Shown: positions 22,940-33,468 of the stretch, piece after piece
Layout: every line of letters begins with the position of its first letter
Position numbering within the stretch: the first letter of the stretch is position 1
Source of the DNA: Terriglobia bacterium
GTDB lineage: Bacteria; Acidobacteriota; Terriglobia; JAJPHL01; JAPKYU01
Reading direction: 5' to 3'
Length of the DNA stretch: 64,000 nucleotides
Assembly (NCBI GenBank): GCA_965206645.1
Contig: CBDBKE010000003.1
Location: forward strand, 32,001 to 96,000
Made by a program: the position numbers and the translations under genes
Notes under the pieces: model-generated
Database searches by the model: none
The model's input: the letters and a program-made list of their open reading frames with translations, nothing else
What the model was told of the DNA's origin: nothing

Positions 22940-23295
22940 GCATCGAGAGCTTTATTTCTTTCGTGTGCTCGGGTAAGCACGGAGAGGTCTATATTGGCTT
23001 CGACCGTCAGGTCCGAATTCGGTGGGATGAGGGGTTTTTGGGCACAAAGAAGCTCCGGGCCAAGTGGAGCGGACGATCCAAGCCCGAGGAAGCCTATTTT
23101 GTGGAAAATGGGAGATTCATTCACTTCGTCAAAGTCGAGGAAACGATGAAGCACTTGGTGGAATGGAAGCGGAAGGAGTTGAAATTGGAGGTTCCTCTCG
23201 TTCCCGAAGGGAACGCGGTCTTCCGGTATGATCTCAGTGGGGCAGCCCGTGGAATCGCCGAGGCAAGGGAGAAGTGTCGAAAGGGAGAGGCGTAA
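22940..23295 (+). pseudogene. Hypothetical protein, probably 5'-truncated by the MITE
   Basis: ORF begins at the MITE boundary; protein-like composition. Confidence 0.45.
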
Positions 23296-23495
23296 TAGTC
23301 TTCGTCAATGAGCAAGCCACAACGCCTGCCGCAGCCCCGTCCCAAACAGAAGCAGCAGCAACAGGCGCGGGAACGGCAGCGCGGGCCGGAGCGGGACTTT
23401 GGCCCGAGCCGGTAATGACGAGGCGGATGCTGACGTCACAGGCGGCCTAGTTTAGGCCGCCGAGTTGTCCAAGAAACCGGGTCCGATACAACTAC

Positions 23496-24077
23496 ATGAA
23501 GGACGATCTTCTCCCTCACATTCGCCATGCCTATTCGACGGCTGAAGCGCAACGCTACGCGGACTTCGCCGACGAGAAGAAGTGCCTGGACAAGGTCGTT
23601 TCGATCAGCAAAGAGGTACTTGGGCACGTTCCTCCTTGTGCTGGGGCGTGCGCGATCATGAGTGCGTTATGGACAGCGCTTGTTCGAGATCGTCTCGACT
23701 TACCTGTTTACTGCGTTGCCGGAGATCTGTTGGCAGACGGCAGACTGGTCTTCGGTCACGGCGCCTCCTCAACAGAGTTCGCAGTGGCCTTTGGCGAATC
23801 AAACCTAGATTGGGATGGCCACTGTTGGCTTGTGCTTGGAGAGTACATCGGGGACCTCTCCGTGTTTCGAACGGCTTACGCCGCGACCAGTCCAAGACCG
23901 CTACGTGACCTAGTCCTCTCAAGGTTCGGGCTTGGAAGGGGACTCTGGCTTGCAACTGAGGCGGTATCTGTCGCAAATGGCTTGTCCTACAAACCGAGGT
24001 ACGTATTAACCAATCAACAGCTTGACGGCCTCGTGCTTGGAGGACGAGCGTTGTTCGATTCAGGCGGTGCCGTTTGA
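23496..24077 (+). CDS. Hypothetical protein
   Basis: 193-aa ORF; GAC...GHCWL..D spacing faintly resembles a transglutaminase-like Cys-His-Asp triad (inference). Confidence 0.6.
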   Translation: MKDDLLPHIRHAYSTAEAQRYADFADEKKCLDKVVSISKEVLGHVPPCAGACAIMSALWTALVRDRLDLPVYCVAGDLLADGRLVFGHGASSTEFAVAFGESNLDWDGHCWLVLGEYIGDLSVFRTAYAATSPRPLRDLVLSRFGLGRGLWLATEAVSVANGLSYKPRYVLTNQQLDGLVLGGRALFDSGGAV

Positions 24078-24495
24078 CAGACGAATGGAGCTGACGCGAG
24101 ATCGGTCTCGCCTAGTGGCGGTCCGAATCCCTGTTTACGTGCTTCATTAAATCCGTCATAAGCGCAAGGTCCCCAGACGTTGCAGCAAGGTATCGCCGAT
24201 CACCTGGATTTGGCAATACCGTTTCGCACGGCGTAACCCGTTGGAAACACGTCCGGGGTCGAAGTGTTGCAGAACCGTTCCTTTGTGCAACCCCGTCCAC
24301 TGATGGGCACGGCCCGGAAGGAAAGAAGCTCCATAGAAGCTCCATCGGCAAGCGCAAGCGCTCATGGCCGCTCTCAGTGAGAGCGCTCGTCACGTCGTTC
24401 TCACGCTGTGTTGTAGACGGGCCCGATGGAGTACGTGCCTTCACGTAGCTCCTGTGCACTTGCAGTGTGATCACTGAATCACTCTAATTATTCCA

Positions 24496-26112
24496 ATGAT
24501 CCCGTCACTACGGTCACGACTTTTGGGTAAAGAGCGTCCTCCATTTGAGCCGGGCGGGCGACATTTACGCGTAACGGTGTACTGCCCGCAGCCAGACCGG
24601 CTCTCGGAAGAGGATCAGTTTCGCCTGCGTTTCCTGCGAGAGTTGGCTTACCTTGACCCTCTCCGGGTCGTCGGGACGGATCGGTCGTTCCCTTGGCGCA
24701 TCGAGATCGATCCGACACCGAATGAAAACGGTGTGGGCGCAGTTAATTTTGTTGACCCAGAAGATCGATACGCCATTGAGCACGCGTTCCGGTCGACCGA
24801 TTGGAGCGAGGAGGCGATCAGGTTCAGGTTGCTCGGCACTGGAAGCCCGCCGGACCAAAAGGCATGCGCCTTAGCTCTCCGTTTGCCCGTACTCGAAGCG
24901 CACACTCAGACCCATCGAGACTTGTTTATCACATCTCACCCGGACTTCTTGACCCTAAGGTCGCGCATTCTCGATGCGAACATCAAGGATCTCTGCGAAG
25001 GGCTGCGGATCGTCGGACTTTATCTCCGTTGGTCGGGAGACTTTACAATCCGCGCGTCACAGAAGACCAAAAGGTGTTTCTATCGCCACTTGTTCTACTG
25101 GGTCTTGTGTAGGCACCGGCTGCCCGCGATGTGGAGATACTTCTCAGCCTGTCTGCAATATGGCCGGGAGACACACACCCAAAACAAGGAGCTCGGGGAC
25201 CTCGCGGGTACCATTCTCAATCGCTGTGTTCGTGTGCTGCAGGCACGCGACGAAGTGGGATTTAGGTTCTACCAGCGGCAAGACTATACGACGCGCGACG
25301 AAATGCTTTACCACTTCAACTACTTAACGATTCTGCTCTCTGGTACGTTCGACGCTGAGGCGCGCATCGCTCGACAGGTATACGAGATTACAAAGGTTCC
25401 CGCGCGGAGCACAAGTTTCCGCAACCATGATTTTCGTAAAGCTCTGAGAGACGCTGGCGGTCAGAGCCTCGCCGATGTGGTTAATGATGTTAGCTTTCAA
25501 GCATTCCAACGGTTTCTCGGAGTGTTGAGGAATTCTATCCACAGCGTCGGCCTTCACGGTCTCGGCGTAAGTCGGGCCGGAGAGCAAGAGTCCTCCCTTG
25601 GGCGGGTCTTCGAGGGCGACAAGGACATCTGGGAAGCGGCCGTTGCACTTGGCTCATGCGACGATATCGGTGTCACAAAACACAAAGCGGGATCGGAGGT
25701 AGCGGTCGAGCCATATACGTGTGCCGTCCGGCTCTGTGAACTCGGCTTCAGGAATTCTATCCACAGCGTCGGCCTTCACGGTCTCGGCGTAAGTCGGGCC
25801 GGAGAGCAAGAGTCCTCCCTTGGGCGGGTCTTCGAGGGCGACAAGGACATCTGGGAAGCGGCCGTTGCACTTGGCTCATGCGACGATATCGGTGTCACAA
25901 AACACAAAGCGGGATCGGAGGTAGCGGTCGAGCCATATACGTGTGCCGTCCGGCTCTGTGAACTCGGCTTCAGGTATGTCAATCACGTCGCTGAAGCGAC
26001 GGATGTTGAGCGGCTACTGGCCGCTGGACCGACAGCGGAATTATTGGCCGGCCCACCCGAGGACAGAATATTTGGGAGCAATATCCGTCGGCGGATCGAC
26101 GCTTTGGGGTGA
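24496..26112 (+). CDS. Hypothetical protein with PIN-like and HEPN-like hints and a 74-aa tandem duplication
   Basis: 538-aa ORF; EAH...DLFIT..DFL segment; RNSIH motif present twice. Confidence 0.6.
   Translation: MIPSLRSRLLGKERPPFEPGGRHLRVTVYCPQPDRLSEEDQFRLRFLRELAYLDPLRVVGTDRSFPWRIEIDPTPNENGVGAVNFVDPEDRYAIEHAFRSTDWSEEAIRFRLLGTGSPPDQKACALALRLPVLEAHTQTHRDLFITSHPDFLTLRSRILDANIKDLCEGLRIVGLYLRWSGDFTIRASQKTKRCFYRHLFYWVLCRHRLPAMWRYFSACLQYGRETHTQNKELGDLAGTILNRCVRVLQARDEVGFRFYQRQDYTTRDEMLYHFNYLTILLSGTFDAEARIARQVYEITKVPARSTSFRNHDFRKALRDAGGQSLADVVNDVSFQAFQRFLGVLRNSIHSVGLHGLGVSRAGEQESSLGRVFEGDKDIWEAAVALGSCDDIGVTKHKAGSEVAVEPYTCAVRLCELGFRNSIHSVGLHGLGVSRAGEQESSLGRVFEGDKDIWEAAVALGSCDDIGVTKHKAGSEVAVEPYTCAVRLCELGFRYVNHVAEATDVERLLAAGPTAELLAGPPEDRIFGSNIRRRIDALG
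25528..25971 (+). repeat. 222-bp in-frame tandem duplication
   Basis: AGGAATTCTATCCAC at 25528 and 25750; AGG microhomology at the junctions. Confidence 0.95.
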
Positions 26113-26238
26113 TGGAAATCGCGACGACGCTGTACAGCCTGCCCTGACGCCAGGCTGGGGTGTACTTCACTCCGACATCGCCAGAGGCCTAGTGTCGGTC
26201 CGTGAGTCTGGACAGCGTGCGATAATGGAGCGCGGAGC

Positions 26239-26580
26239 ATGGCGAAAAGACCGGCGAAGCAGCGGGACGGTGCGGGGGCGACCCTGAATGGCGGCGCCAC
26301 GACGGGCCATGAAGCGGAACTGTGGGCCATGGCCGACGCCCTGCGCGGCTCGATGGACGCCGCCGAGTACAAGCACGTCGTGCTCGGCCTGATCTTCCTG
26401 AATTACATTTCAGACGCCTTCGAGGAACGCCGCGCGGCGGTGCTCGCCCAGTGGGGCAAAGACACTGCGGAGGACCGAGACGAGTACATCGCCGAGAACG
26501 TCTTCTGGGTGCCGCCGGAGGCCCGCTGGTCGCATCTCAAGGCGCAGGCGCGGCTTGTGGTGACAAAGAACCCGGGGTGA
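26239..26580 (+). pseudogene. hsdM: Type I restriction-modification M subunit, N-terminal fragment
   Basis: [27 protein letters not shown]...[11 protein letters not shown]; stops after 113 aa. Confidence 0.9.
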
Positions 26581-26597
26581 GGGAGTGTACTCGAGGC

Positions 26598-27581
26598 TCA
26601 CACCGAGATGCGCTCGACGATGTTGCGGGTGACCCGCTTCTGCCGCCGGTCGTAGATCTGGGTGGTCTTGGGGTTGGCATGGCCGGCCAGGTACTGGACG
26701 TCCTCGAGAGGCACGTCCTGGGTGAGCAGGTCGGTCACCACCAGGACGCGGAAGCTGTGGGGGCTGAAGATGTCGGGCAACCGGGCATCTTTGAGCCGTC
26801 GCTTGAGCATGCGCCGCATGGAGTTGGCCGACAAGGGGTTCCTGGAGAGCTTCTTCTGTTTTCCCAGGGCCGCCCGGAACAGGGGCGTCTCCTTGGGGTC
26901 CGCAGCGATCCGGGCCGCCTGCAGGTACGCCTCGAGCCAGCGATCGAGGTCGTGGCGGACGGGGATCTCGCGCTGCTGGCCGCCCTTTTCCCGGAACCGC
27001 AGGACGCGCTGGGCGCCCTGGTCCTCGAGGTCCCCGCAGCGCAGCCGGGCGAGGGCGCCGACACGGGCCCCGGTGTAGGCGAGGGTTCCCAGGAGGGCGC
27101 GGTCGCGGAGGCCGACGACGTGGGAGAGGTCGATGGAGGCGAGCAGGTCCCGGGCCTGCTGGATGGCGAGCTGGGGGGTCTTGCCGTCCACGACGGCGTG
27201 CTTCCGCCCCCGCACGGAGGAGAACGGGTTCAGAGCCACGGCATGGCGGATGACCAGGGCGTCGAAGAAATGCCGCAGCGCCGCCAGCGCCAGATTCTTG
27301 GTGGGGTCCGATCCGGGAATATCCTCAATGAAGCGCCCGGCCAGCCCCGGCGTAACCTGACGGAGCTCGATTCCTTGTTCTTCGCACCAGGCGAGGAAGC
27401 GGCCAACGATACGGGCGTAGGCGCGGCGGGTGTGGGGGTTGGAGATGCGGGCGGCGAAGAACTCATCGGCGGCGAACAGGGCGTTCTTCCCGGCGCGCCG
27501 CAGGACGGCGGGAGCGGAGGGGGCACGATCCAGGGCCTGGGCAGCGGGCAGGAGGGCGGCTTGGGAAGGGGCTTGAACCAT
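26598..27581 (-). CDS. Tyrosine recombinase / integrase
   Basis: RDRALL..TGARV, EKGG, HSFR, LAGHANPKTTQIY (R-K-H-R-H-Y set). Confidence 0.9.
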   Translation of the reverse strand: MVQAPSQAALLPAAQALDRAPSAPAVLRRAGKNALFAADEFFAARISNPHTRRAYARIVGRFLAWCEEQGIELRQVTPGLAGRFIEDIPGSDPTKNLALAALRHFFDALVIRHAVALNPFSSVRGRKHAVVDGKTPQLAIQQARDLLASIDLSHVVGLRDRALLGTLAYTGARVGALARLRCGDLEDQGAQRVLRFREKGGQQREIPVRHDLDRWLEAYLQAARIAADPKETPLFRAALGKQKKLSRNPLSANSMRRMLKRRLKDARLPDIFSPHSFRVLVVTDLLTQDVPLEDVQYLAGHANPKTTQIYDRRQKRVTRNIVERISV

Positions 27582-27605
27582 GGTGATATAGGGGATGATA
27601 ACAAC

Positions 27606-28835
27606 GGTGGTCTCAACCCATCGACGCAACACTTTGCCTTGAAAGGAGGAGGTGGAGTGTATGCGGATGAAGCAAAGAGCTCGTCGCGGTTACACGCTGG
27701 CGGAACTGGAGGAGGTGTGGGATCGGTGGAAACGAGGGGAGTCGCTCAAGTCGATTGGACGAGTGTTTTGTAAGCAGCCATCGTCTGTTTACCATCAGCT
27801 TGCTCCGTACGGAGGCATCCGTCCTCGGCCACCACGCCGTTCATGTTGGGCACTGACGTTGTCGGAGCGCGAAGAGATCTCTCGAGGCATTGCGGCACAT
27901 CAATCGATACGATCCATCGCCGGGTTGCTGGGTCGCTCACCATCGACGGTGAGCCGGGAGATTCGGCGGAATGGCGGCGATAATGACTATCGAGCAGCGG
28001 AGGCCGATGAGCAAGCCGGGGAGAGGGCCCGCCGGCCGAAGCGGTGTCAGCTGGTCAAGCATCCACAACTACGACGGGTAGTGGCCAGAAAGCTCAGCAT
28101 AAACTGGTCGCCTGAGCAGATCGCCAGCTGGCTGAAACGAGCCTATCCGAAGGATCCGTCCTATCACGTGTCTCACGAGACCATCTACCGCAGCCTGTTT
28201 GTTCAAGCCCGCGGTGCGCTGAAGGCAGAGCTGATGCAGCATCTGCGGTCAAAGCGGACGATTCGTCGATCCCGACATGCAAGTCTGAGAGGCCATGGAC
28301 GAGGACAGATCACCGACATCGTATCGATCCGTGAGCGCCCGGCCTCGGTCGAAGATCGTGCCGTGCCCGGTCATTGGGAAGGCGATCTGCTGTCCGGATC
28401 GAAGAACAGCCACATTGCGACTCTGGTCGAACGTCATACGCGCTACGTGATGCTTACGAAAGTATCCAGCAAGAAAACGGAGACGGTCGTGTCGGCGCTC
28501 ATCAAGCACGCGAAGAAGCTGCCGACGGAACTGTACAAATCTCTGACTTGGGATCGAGGCCTGGAGCTCGCCGAGCATCGACGGTTCACGTTGGCGACCG
28601 ACATTGACGTATACTTCTGTGATCCTCAGAGTCCATGGCAGCGCGGTTCGAATGAGAACACCAACGGTCTACTCCGACAGTACTTCCCCAAGGGAACGGA
28701 CTTGTCGGTGCACTCTCAGGCGCATCTGAACAAGGTGGCACGTCAGCTGAACGAACGGCCCCGTCAGACGCTGGAGTTTGAAACTCCGGCAGAACGATTT
28801 AACGCTTGTGTTGCATCGACCGGTTGAGCTGGCAA
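27606..28835 (+). mobile_element. IS30-family element (transposase ~27667-28827)
   Basis: IR cores CTCAACCCATCGACGCAACAC / GTGTTGCATCGACCGGTTGAG; GHWEGDL, LTWDRG, ENTNGLLRQYFPKG. Exact tips approximate. Confidence 0.9.
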
Positions 28836-28907
28836 CCTTTATCGGGCTCTATTAACTCGCCCTCCCCCGCTTCCTCCAGCCAGCGATCCGGAACACCAGC
28901 AGCGCGG

Positions 28908-29198
28908 TTATGCTTGGCCCGAAGACAGCAATGCACGCTTGACGGCCTCCGGTTCCCTTTCGATCACCCGCAGAAGAGTTGCGGCCGGGCCACTAACCCG
29001 GCGCGTCCCTTGCTCCCATTTCCGGTAGCCGGAAAGGCTCATGCCCATCAACGGTGCCATCTGCGCCTGCGTGAGGTTCGCATGCTCCCGAACCTCACGC
29101 GGGGTCACGGGAGCGTGCAGGATGGCGGGGCCATCTCCCTTTGCGTGAGCGAGGGCTTCATTGAGGGACTGGATTAGATCGTCGCCAAATGTGCTCAT
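28908..29198 (-). CDS. XRE-HTH antitoxin (HigA2-like)
   Basis: LTQAQMA..G.S...RKWEQG.R..SGPA; overlaps the toxin stop (ATGA). Confidence 0.85.
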   Translation of the reverse strand: MSTFGDDLIQSLNEALAHAKGDGPAILHAPVTPREVREHANLTQAQMAPLMGMSLSGYRKWEQGTRRVSGPAATLLRVIEREPEAVKRALLSSGQA

Positions 29199-29533
29199 TT
29201 CATCTCCTTCCGGGCGGCCTTGAGTGCGGCTGCGAGCTTTGAAACCGTGCGCCTTTCATCCGGTGTCATGTCCGTTTTCGCGGTCTTCGCATAGGCGAGC
29301 AGCGCGTAGACCGGCATCGCTTCTTCCAGGTAGTAGTAGATCACCCGCGCACCGCCTCGCTTGCCCCGTCCGAAGGCCGCAAAGCGTAGCTTCCGGACGC
29401 CGCCCGTGCCAGGAATTTCATCACCCGCCAGCGGATTCTCCGCGAGGAAGTCGATCAGTTCGCGCTTCTCGTCCTCACTGAACAGCTTGTCAGCTTGACG
29501 GGAGAATGTCGGGGTCTCGGCTACTGTCTGCAT
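29195..29533 (-). CDS. RelE/HigB2-family toxin
   Basis: ETPTF...NPLAGDEIPGTGGVRKLRF...GKRGGARVIYY. Confidence 0.9.
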   Translation of the reverse strand: MQTVAETPTFSRQADKLFSEDEKRELIDFLAENPLAGDEIPGTGGVRKLRFAAFGRGKRGGARVIYYYLEEAMPVYALLAYAKTAKTDMTPDERRTVSKLAAALKAARKEMK

Positions 29534-29541
29534 CGAGCAGT

Positions 29542-29567
29542 ATTATATACCCCATTGGGGTAGTCAA
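29542..29567 (-). promoter_or_regulatory. TA promoter with palindromic operator
   Basis: TACCCCA-T-TGGGGTA palindrome (29548-29562) between TTGACT and TATAAT on the minus strand; spacing is short (14 nt). Confidence 0.65.
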
Positions 29568-29782
29568 GATAGGCGTGGCGGGTTTTCTAGTCCCGCTTAG
29601 CGGGCTACAACTCGGCTTGTTGGTAAGAACTCAATGATCTCTGAGGGGCACGCGCTTTGTCAGCTCGAATTCTGCGATGTGTTGTGGTCGTGATCGGGGA
29701 AGGGATCTGTCTGAAACGGAAGCTCTGCTAGCTGAACAGCGCCGTTCGCAAGAGCATATTGATTGCTAAAAACAGGTTCTGA

Positions 29783-30333
29783 GGTTGTGCCCTTCTAAGA
29801 ACGCTTCGGTCGTCTCAGCCGGAAACGCCATCACGAAGCAGTCGTCCGATTGCGGCAGGTCCATCACGAAATAGTGCGCCTTGCGCTCCACCCCGCCGAT
29901 CACCACTTGCGCTTCCCCAAAGTCGGCCTGGGCGTCGCCCGGTGGATGCTCCAGCGGCACGAACATCTCCCGCTGGCTCAGCTTCCGCAGCCGCACGTAG
30001 TCCTTCACGATGGTGTATCCGCCCGGGAATCCGTGCTCCTCCCGCAGCCGCTCAAAAACCTGCTTGGCCGTGTGGCGTTGCTTCTTGCTCTGGGCCTGAT
30101 CTTGCTCCAGGATCTGGTCGATGATCCCCACCCAGGCATCCAGCTTCGGCCGCCGCGCCGGCTGCTGCCGCCGATAGCCCGGAGGGATCGAGTACCACAG
30201 CATCTTGCGGACCGTCTCGCGGGCCAGCCCGAACTGCCGCGCCGCCTCCCGTTCACTCCTCCCCTCAGCCTGAACTGCTCGTCGAACACGCGCATAGAGT
30301 TCTACTGTGTGCACACCTCCGGTGTTCCACAAA
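29783..30333 (-). pseudogene. istA: IS21 istA 5' fragment
   Basis: Near-identical to ~47065-47612. Confidence 0.9.
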
Positions 30334-30989
30334 ACACGGTCCAAGGGATCGCTGTCGTAGGCCTTATCCCCGATCAGTTTCGCCGGAAGTTCATTGAGGA
30401 AGCTGTTCCCGAGGGCCTCTTCGACGAGTTGGCTTTCATGCGGCGAAGCAGCCTGGACACTGACGGCGAGAGGAAGACTGTGGCCAGTGGCGATAGCCGT
30501 GATCTTCGTCCCTTTGCCTCGCTTGGTCGGGCCAACCCCAAGCCCCCTTTTTTTGCCGCCGCAAAGGGTCGCGTCGATGAAGGCTTCTTCCAAATTCAAC
30601 CGACCCTCGGCCTGCAACCGTTTCGCCAGCTTCCGCAAGACCTTCTCCAACGCTCCCGAACGCACCCACTGCTGGAACCGGCGATGGCAGGTCTGGTAAG
30701 GGAGGATACTTGCTCGGCAACTCCCGCCACTGCGCCCCCGTACCCAAGATCCATAACACCCCATTCAGCACCGCTCGGGTATCCGCCGGCGGTCTCCCCT
30801 TCCCATCAGGCCGTTGCTGCGGCCGCAGAATCGGCTCCAAAAGACTCCACTGCTGATCGCTCACCTCCCAGCGTCCACGCATCTCTATGGTTTTGCTTCA
30901 AATCGCCAGAACTCCTTCAGTTTCTATCCTTTCCCGCTGCTCCTGTTACTCCTTTCTTGGCCCTCGAACCATTCTTGAGACAGGTTGCA
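30334..30989 (-). mobile_element. IS5-family (split-ORF type) fragment
   Basis: SDQQWSLLEP...GRPP..TRAVLNGVLWIL.TGAQW; IDAT; GDKAYDSD; frameshifted and truncated. Confidence 0.8.
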
Positions 30990-31004
30990 GTAAAATGGTG
31001 GCGG

Positions 31005-33305
31005 ATGATCAACAGCGTCCAGCTACTCAGAAACATCGGCCTGTTCGATTCCGTCAGCGCCGGTGCCAATATCTCCCTCGCGCGCCTTACGCTGGTGTAT
31101 GCCGAGAATGGCAGAGGTAAGACGACCCTCGCTGCGATTCTGCGTTCGCTAGCAACTGGCGACCCGATCCCGATCGCGGAGCGGCGTCGACTTGCTGCCC
31201 AGCATCCCCCGCATGTTGTTCTGGACTGCGACGGCGGCACTGCGCCCGCGATGTTTCAGAATAACGCCTGGAACCGCATGTTATCGAACCTAGATGTGTT
31301 TGACGACGTGTTCGTTGACCAGAACGTCTACTCAGGTCTGGCCGTTGAGGCGGGACACCGGCAAAACCTGCACGAGCTGATCCTTGGCGCTCAGGCAGTG
31401 GCGCTGAACCAGCAACTGCAGCAGCTTGTTCGGCGGATAGAAGAACACAATGCTGCCCTTAGGGAAAGAGCGGCGGCGATACCAACAGCAGAAAGAGACA
31501 GGCTTTCGGTAGATGATTTCTGTGCGCTTCCGGCGCGTTCAGACATCGACACGGCGATCGAAGCCACAGAACGCAACCTGGCCGCGGCACGCGAGCGAGA
31601 TCCAGTTCGGACCACCGCGCTCTTCGACGCCCTGAGCTTGCCAGCCTTTGACATCGTGGCCATCGATCGAATCCTCGGGGAAGACCTACCGTCCCTTGAT
31701 GTGGCTGCCGCGGCGCAGGTACAAGTTCATCTAGACGGACTGGGTCCAGGTGGCGAGACATGGGTAGGCGAGGGCATGCTGCGCGTACGGCAGCCGGCCG
31801 CAGGGACGAGGAGGGTGAACTGCCCATTCTGTGCCCAGGATCTCACCGGATCACCCGTCATCAACCACTACCGCGCGTACTTCAGTGCGGCATACGCCGA
31901 CCTGAAGCGCAGGGTTTCGGAGGCTCTTGCGGATATTAATCACACGCATGGGAACGATCTTCCGGCGGCGTTTGAGCGAGCGGTTAGGGTCGCTGTAGAG
32001 CGACGGCAATTTTGGTCGCGGTTTTGCGATGTGCCAGAGATCACTGTTGACACGGCAGCGATCGTGCGCGATTGGCGATTTGCACGTGAAGCCGTCGCGG
32101 CGGCGCTGACTGGGAAGAAAGCCGCACCGCTGGAGCGCATGACGCTCGCGCAGGGGGCGCGGGATGCCGTCGCGGCATATGAAGCGCACCGGCATGGGAT
32201 CGCGGAGCTTAGCGCTGCTCTTCAGCACGCAAACGCGGCGATCCGGGTGACCAAGGAACAGGCGGCAGCGGGCAACCCGGCGGCGATCGCCGCCGATCTC
32301 TCGCGGCTCAAGGCCGTGAAGGCGCGGCACTCTGTTAGGATCGCGGCACTTTGCCATAGCTATCTGGCTGAGAAGGCCGCCAAGACGGAAACGGAGCAGC
32401 AGCGGGACCAAACCCGAGCCACGCTCGACCAGCACAGAACGACCGTGTTCGCTGGCTACGAGACCGCAGTGAATCTGTACCTGCGGCGATTCAACGCGGG
32501 CTTCCGGCTGGGCAGCGTGACTTACGCGCAGACAAGGGGGGGGGCGAGTTGCACCTATAATGTGGTCATCAACAACACGGCTGTGGCCGTGGGGGCGGTA
32601 GCACCGCCGGGGGAGCCTTCGTTCCGCAACACCCTGAGCTCGGGAGATCGCAAGGCGCTCGCCCTTGCATTCTTCTTCGCGTCTCTTGACCAGGACCCTG
32701 CGCTGGGCAACAAGGTTGTAGCGATCGATGACCCGATATCGAGCCTCGACGACCATCGCTCCTTGACCACGGTACAAGAGATACGACGCCTTGCGGAGCG
32801 GGCTGACCAAGTGGTTGTGCTCTCTCACAACAAGCTGTTCCTATGCCGCATCTGGGAGGGGACCGATCATACGATCCGCGCCGCACTCCAGGTGGTGCGC
32901 GACGGAGCGGGATCGACCATGCACTCGTGGAATGTCGACCAGGACTGCGTCACCGAACATGATCGGCGCCACGCGATGTTGCGCGAGTACCTTGCCGGCG
33001 GCACACCCAACAATCGCGAAATCGCGAAGGCCATCCGTCCTTTGCTGGAAGCGTTTCTCCGCGTGGCATGCCCGGAGTATTTCCCTCCAGGAAGGCTACT
33101 TGGCCCGTTCTGTAATCTGTGCTCCCACCGAGTCGGCACGCCGCAGCAGATTCTGGATGCACAGGCCACTCAGGAGCTACGTGACCTAATCGAGTACGCG
33201 AATAGATTTCATCACGACACGAACGCGGCTTGGGAGACGGAGCAAATTAACGACACCGAACTTCAGGGCTTCGTACGGCGAGCGCTTAACTTTGCGAAAC
33301 CGTAA
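31005..33305 (+). CDS. RloC-like AAA_13 ATPase with zinc hook and C-terminal HEPN-like domain
   Basis: YAENGRGKTT Walker A, CPFC hook, LSSGDR signature, IDDPISSLD, LSHN, C-terminal ANRFHHD. The 1151-aa ORF-track call is read-through from antisense IS sequence. Confidence 0.8.
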   Translation: MINSVQLLRNIGLFDSVSAGANISLARLTLVYAENGRGKTTLAAILRSLATGDPIPIAERRRLAAQHPPHVVLDCDGGTAPAMFQNNAWNRMLSNLDVFDDVFVDQNVYSGLAVEAGHRQNLHELILGAQAVALNQQLQQLVRRIEEHNAALRERAAAIPTAERDRLSVDDFCALPARSDIDTAIEATERNLAAARERDPVRTTALFDALSLPAFDIVAIDRILGEDLPSLDVAAAAQVQVHLDGLGPGGETWVGEGMLRVRQPAAGTRRVNCPFCAQDLTGSPVINHYRAYFSAAYADLKRRVSEALADINHTHGNDLPAAFERAVRVAVERRQFWSRFCDVPEITVDTAAIVRDWRFAREAVAAALTGKKAAPLERMTLAQGARDAVAAYEAHRHGIAELSAALQHANAAIRVTKEQAAAGNPAAIAADLSRLKAVKARHSVRIAALCHSYLAEKAAKTETEQQRDQTRATLDQHRTTVFAGYETAVNLYLRRFNAGFRLGSVTYAQTRGGASCTYNVVINNTAVAVGAVAPPGEPSFRNTLSSGDRKALALAFFFASLDQDPALGNKVVAIDDPISSLDDHRSLTTVQEIRRLAERADQVVVLSHNKLFLCRIWEGTDHTIRAALQVVRDGAGSTMHSWNVDQDCVTEHDRRHAMLREYLAGGTPNNREIAKAIRPLLEAFLRVACPEYFPPGRLLGPFCNLCSHRVGTPQQILDAQATQELRDLIEYANRFHHDTNAAWETEQINDTELQGFVRRALNFAKP

Positions 33306-33468
33306 GGTTATGAGAGCAGGTCGCGTCACAGAATTCATGCTCGGAAGAAGGTGCGCGATTCGCCTGTGATGTTCGCGGATCGGCCCAATCTTGTCGGCAA
33401 GAGTTCAGGAACGCGGTCTCCAGTGGAAGGTCTGCCCACTTGGCCGTAAAACGCCCATCCCGTCCTTT

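Noticed and set aside
26322-27773. 483-aa plus-strand ORF
   Set aside because: Antisense shadow of the tyrosine recombinase in high-GC DNA.
29766-30764. IS5-IS21 fusion transposase (332 aa)
   Set aside because: Chance in-frame join of two truncated transposases; neither catalytic triad is complete.
29850-31004. 1151-aa ORF as a single protein
   Set aside because: The first 385 codons are antisense to IS21/IS5 fragments; the real gene starts at 31005.
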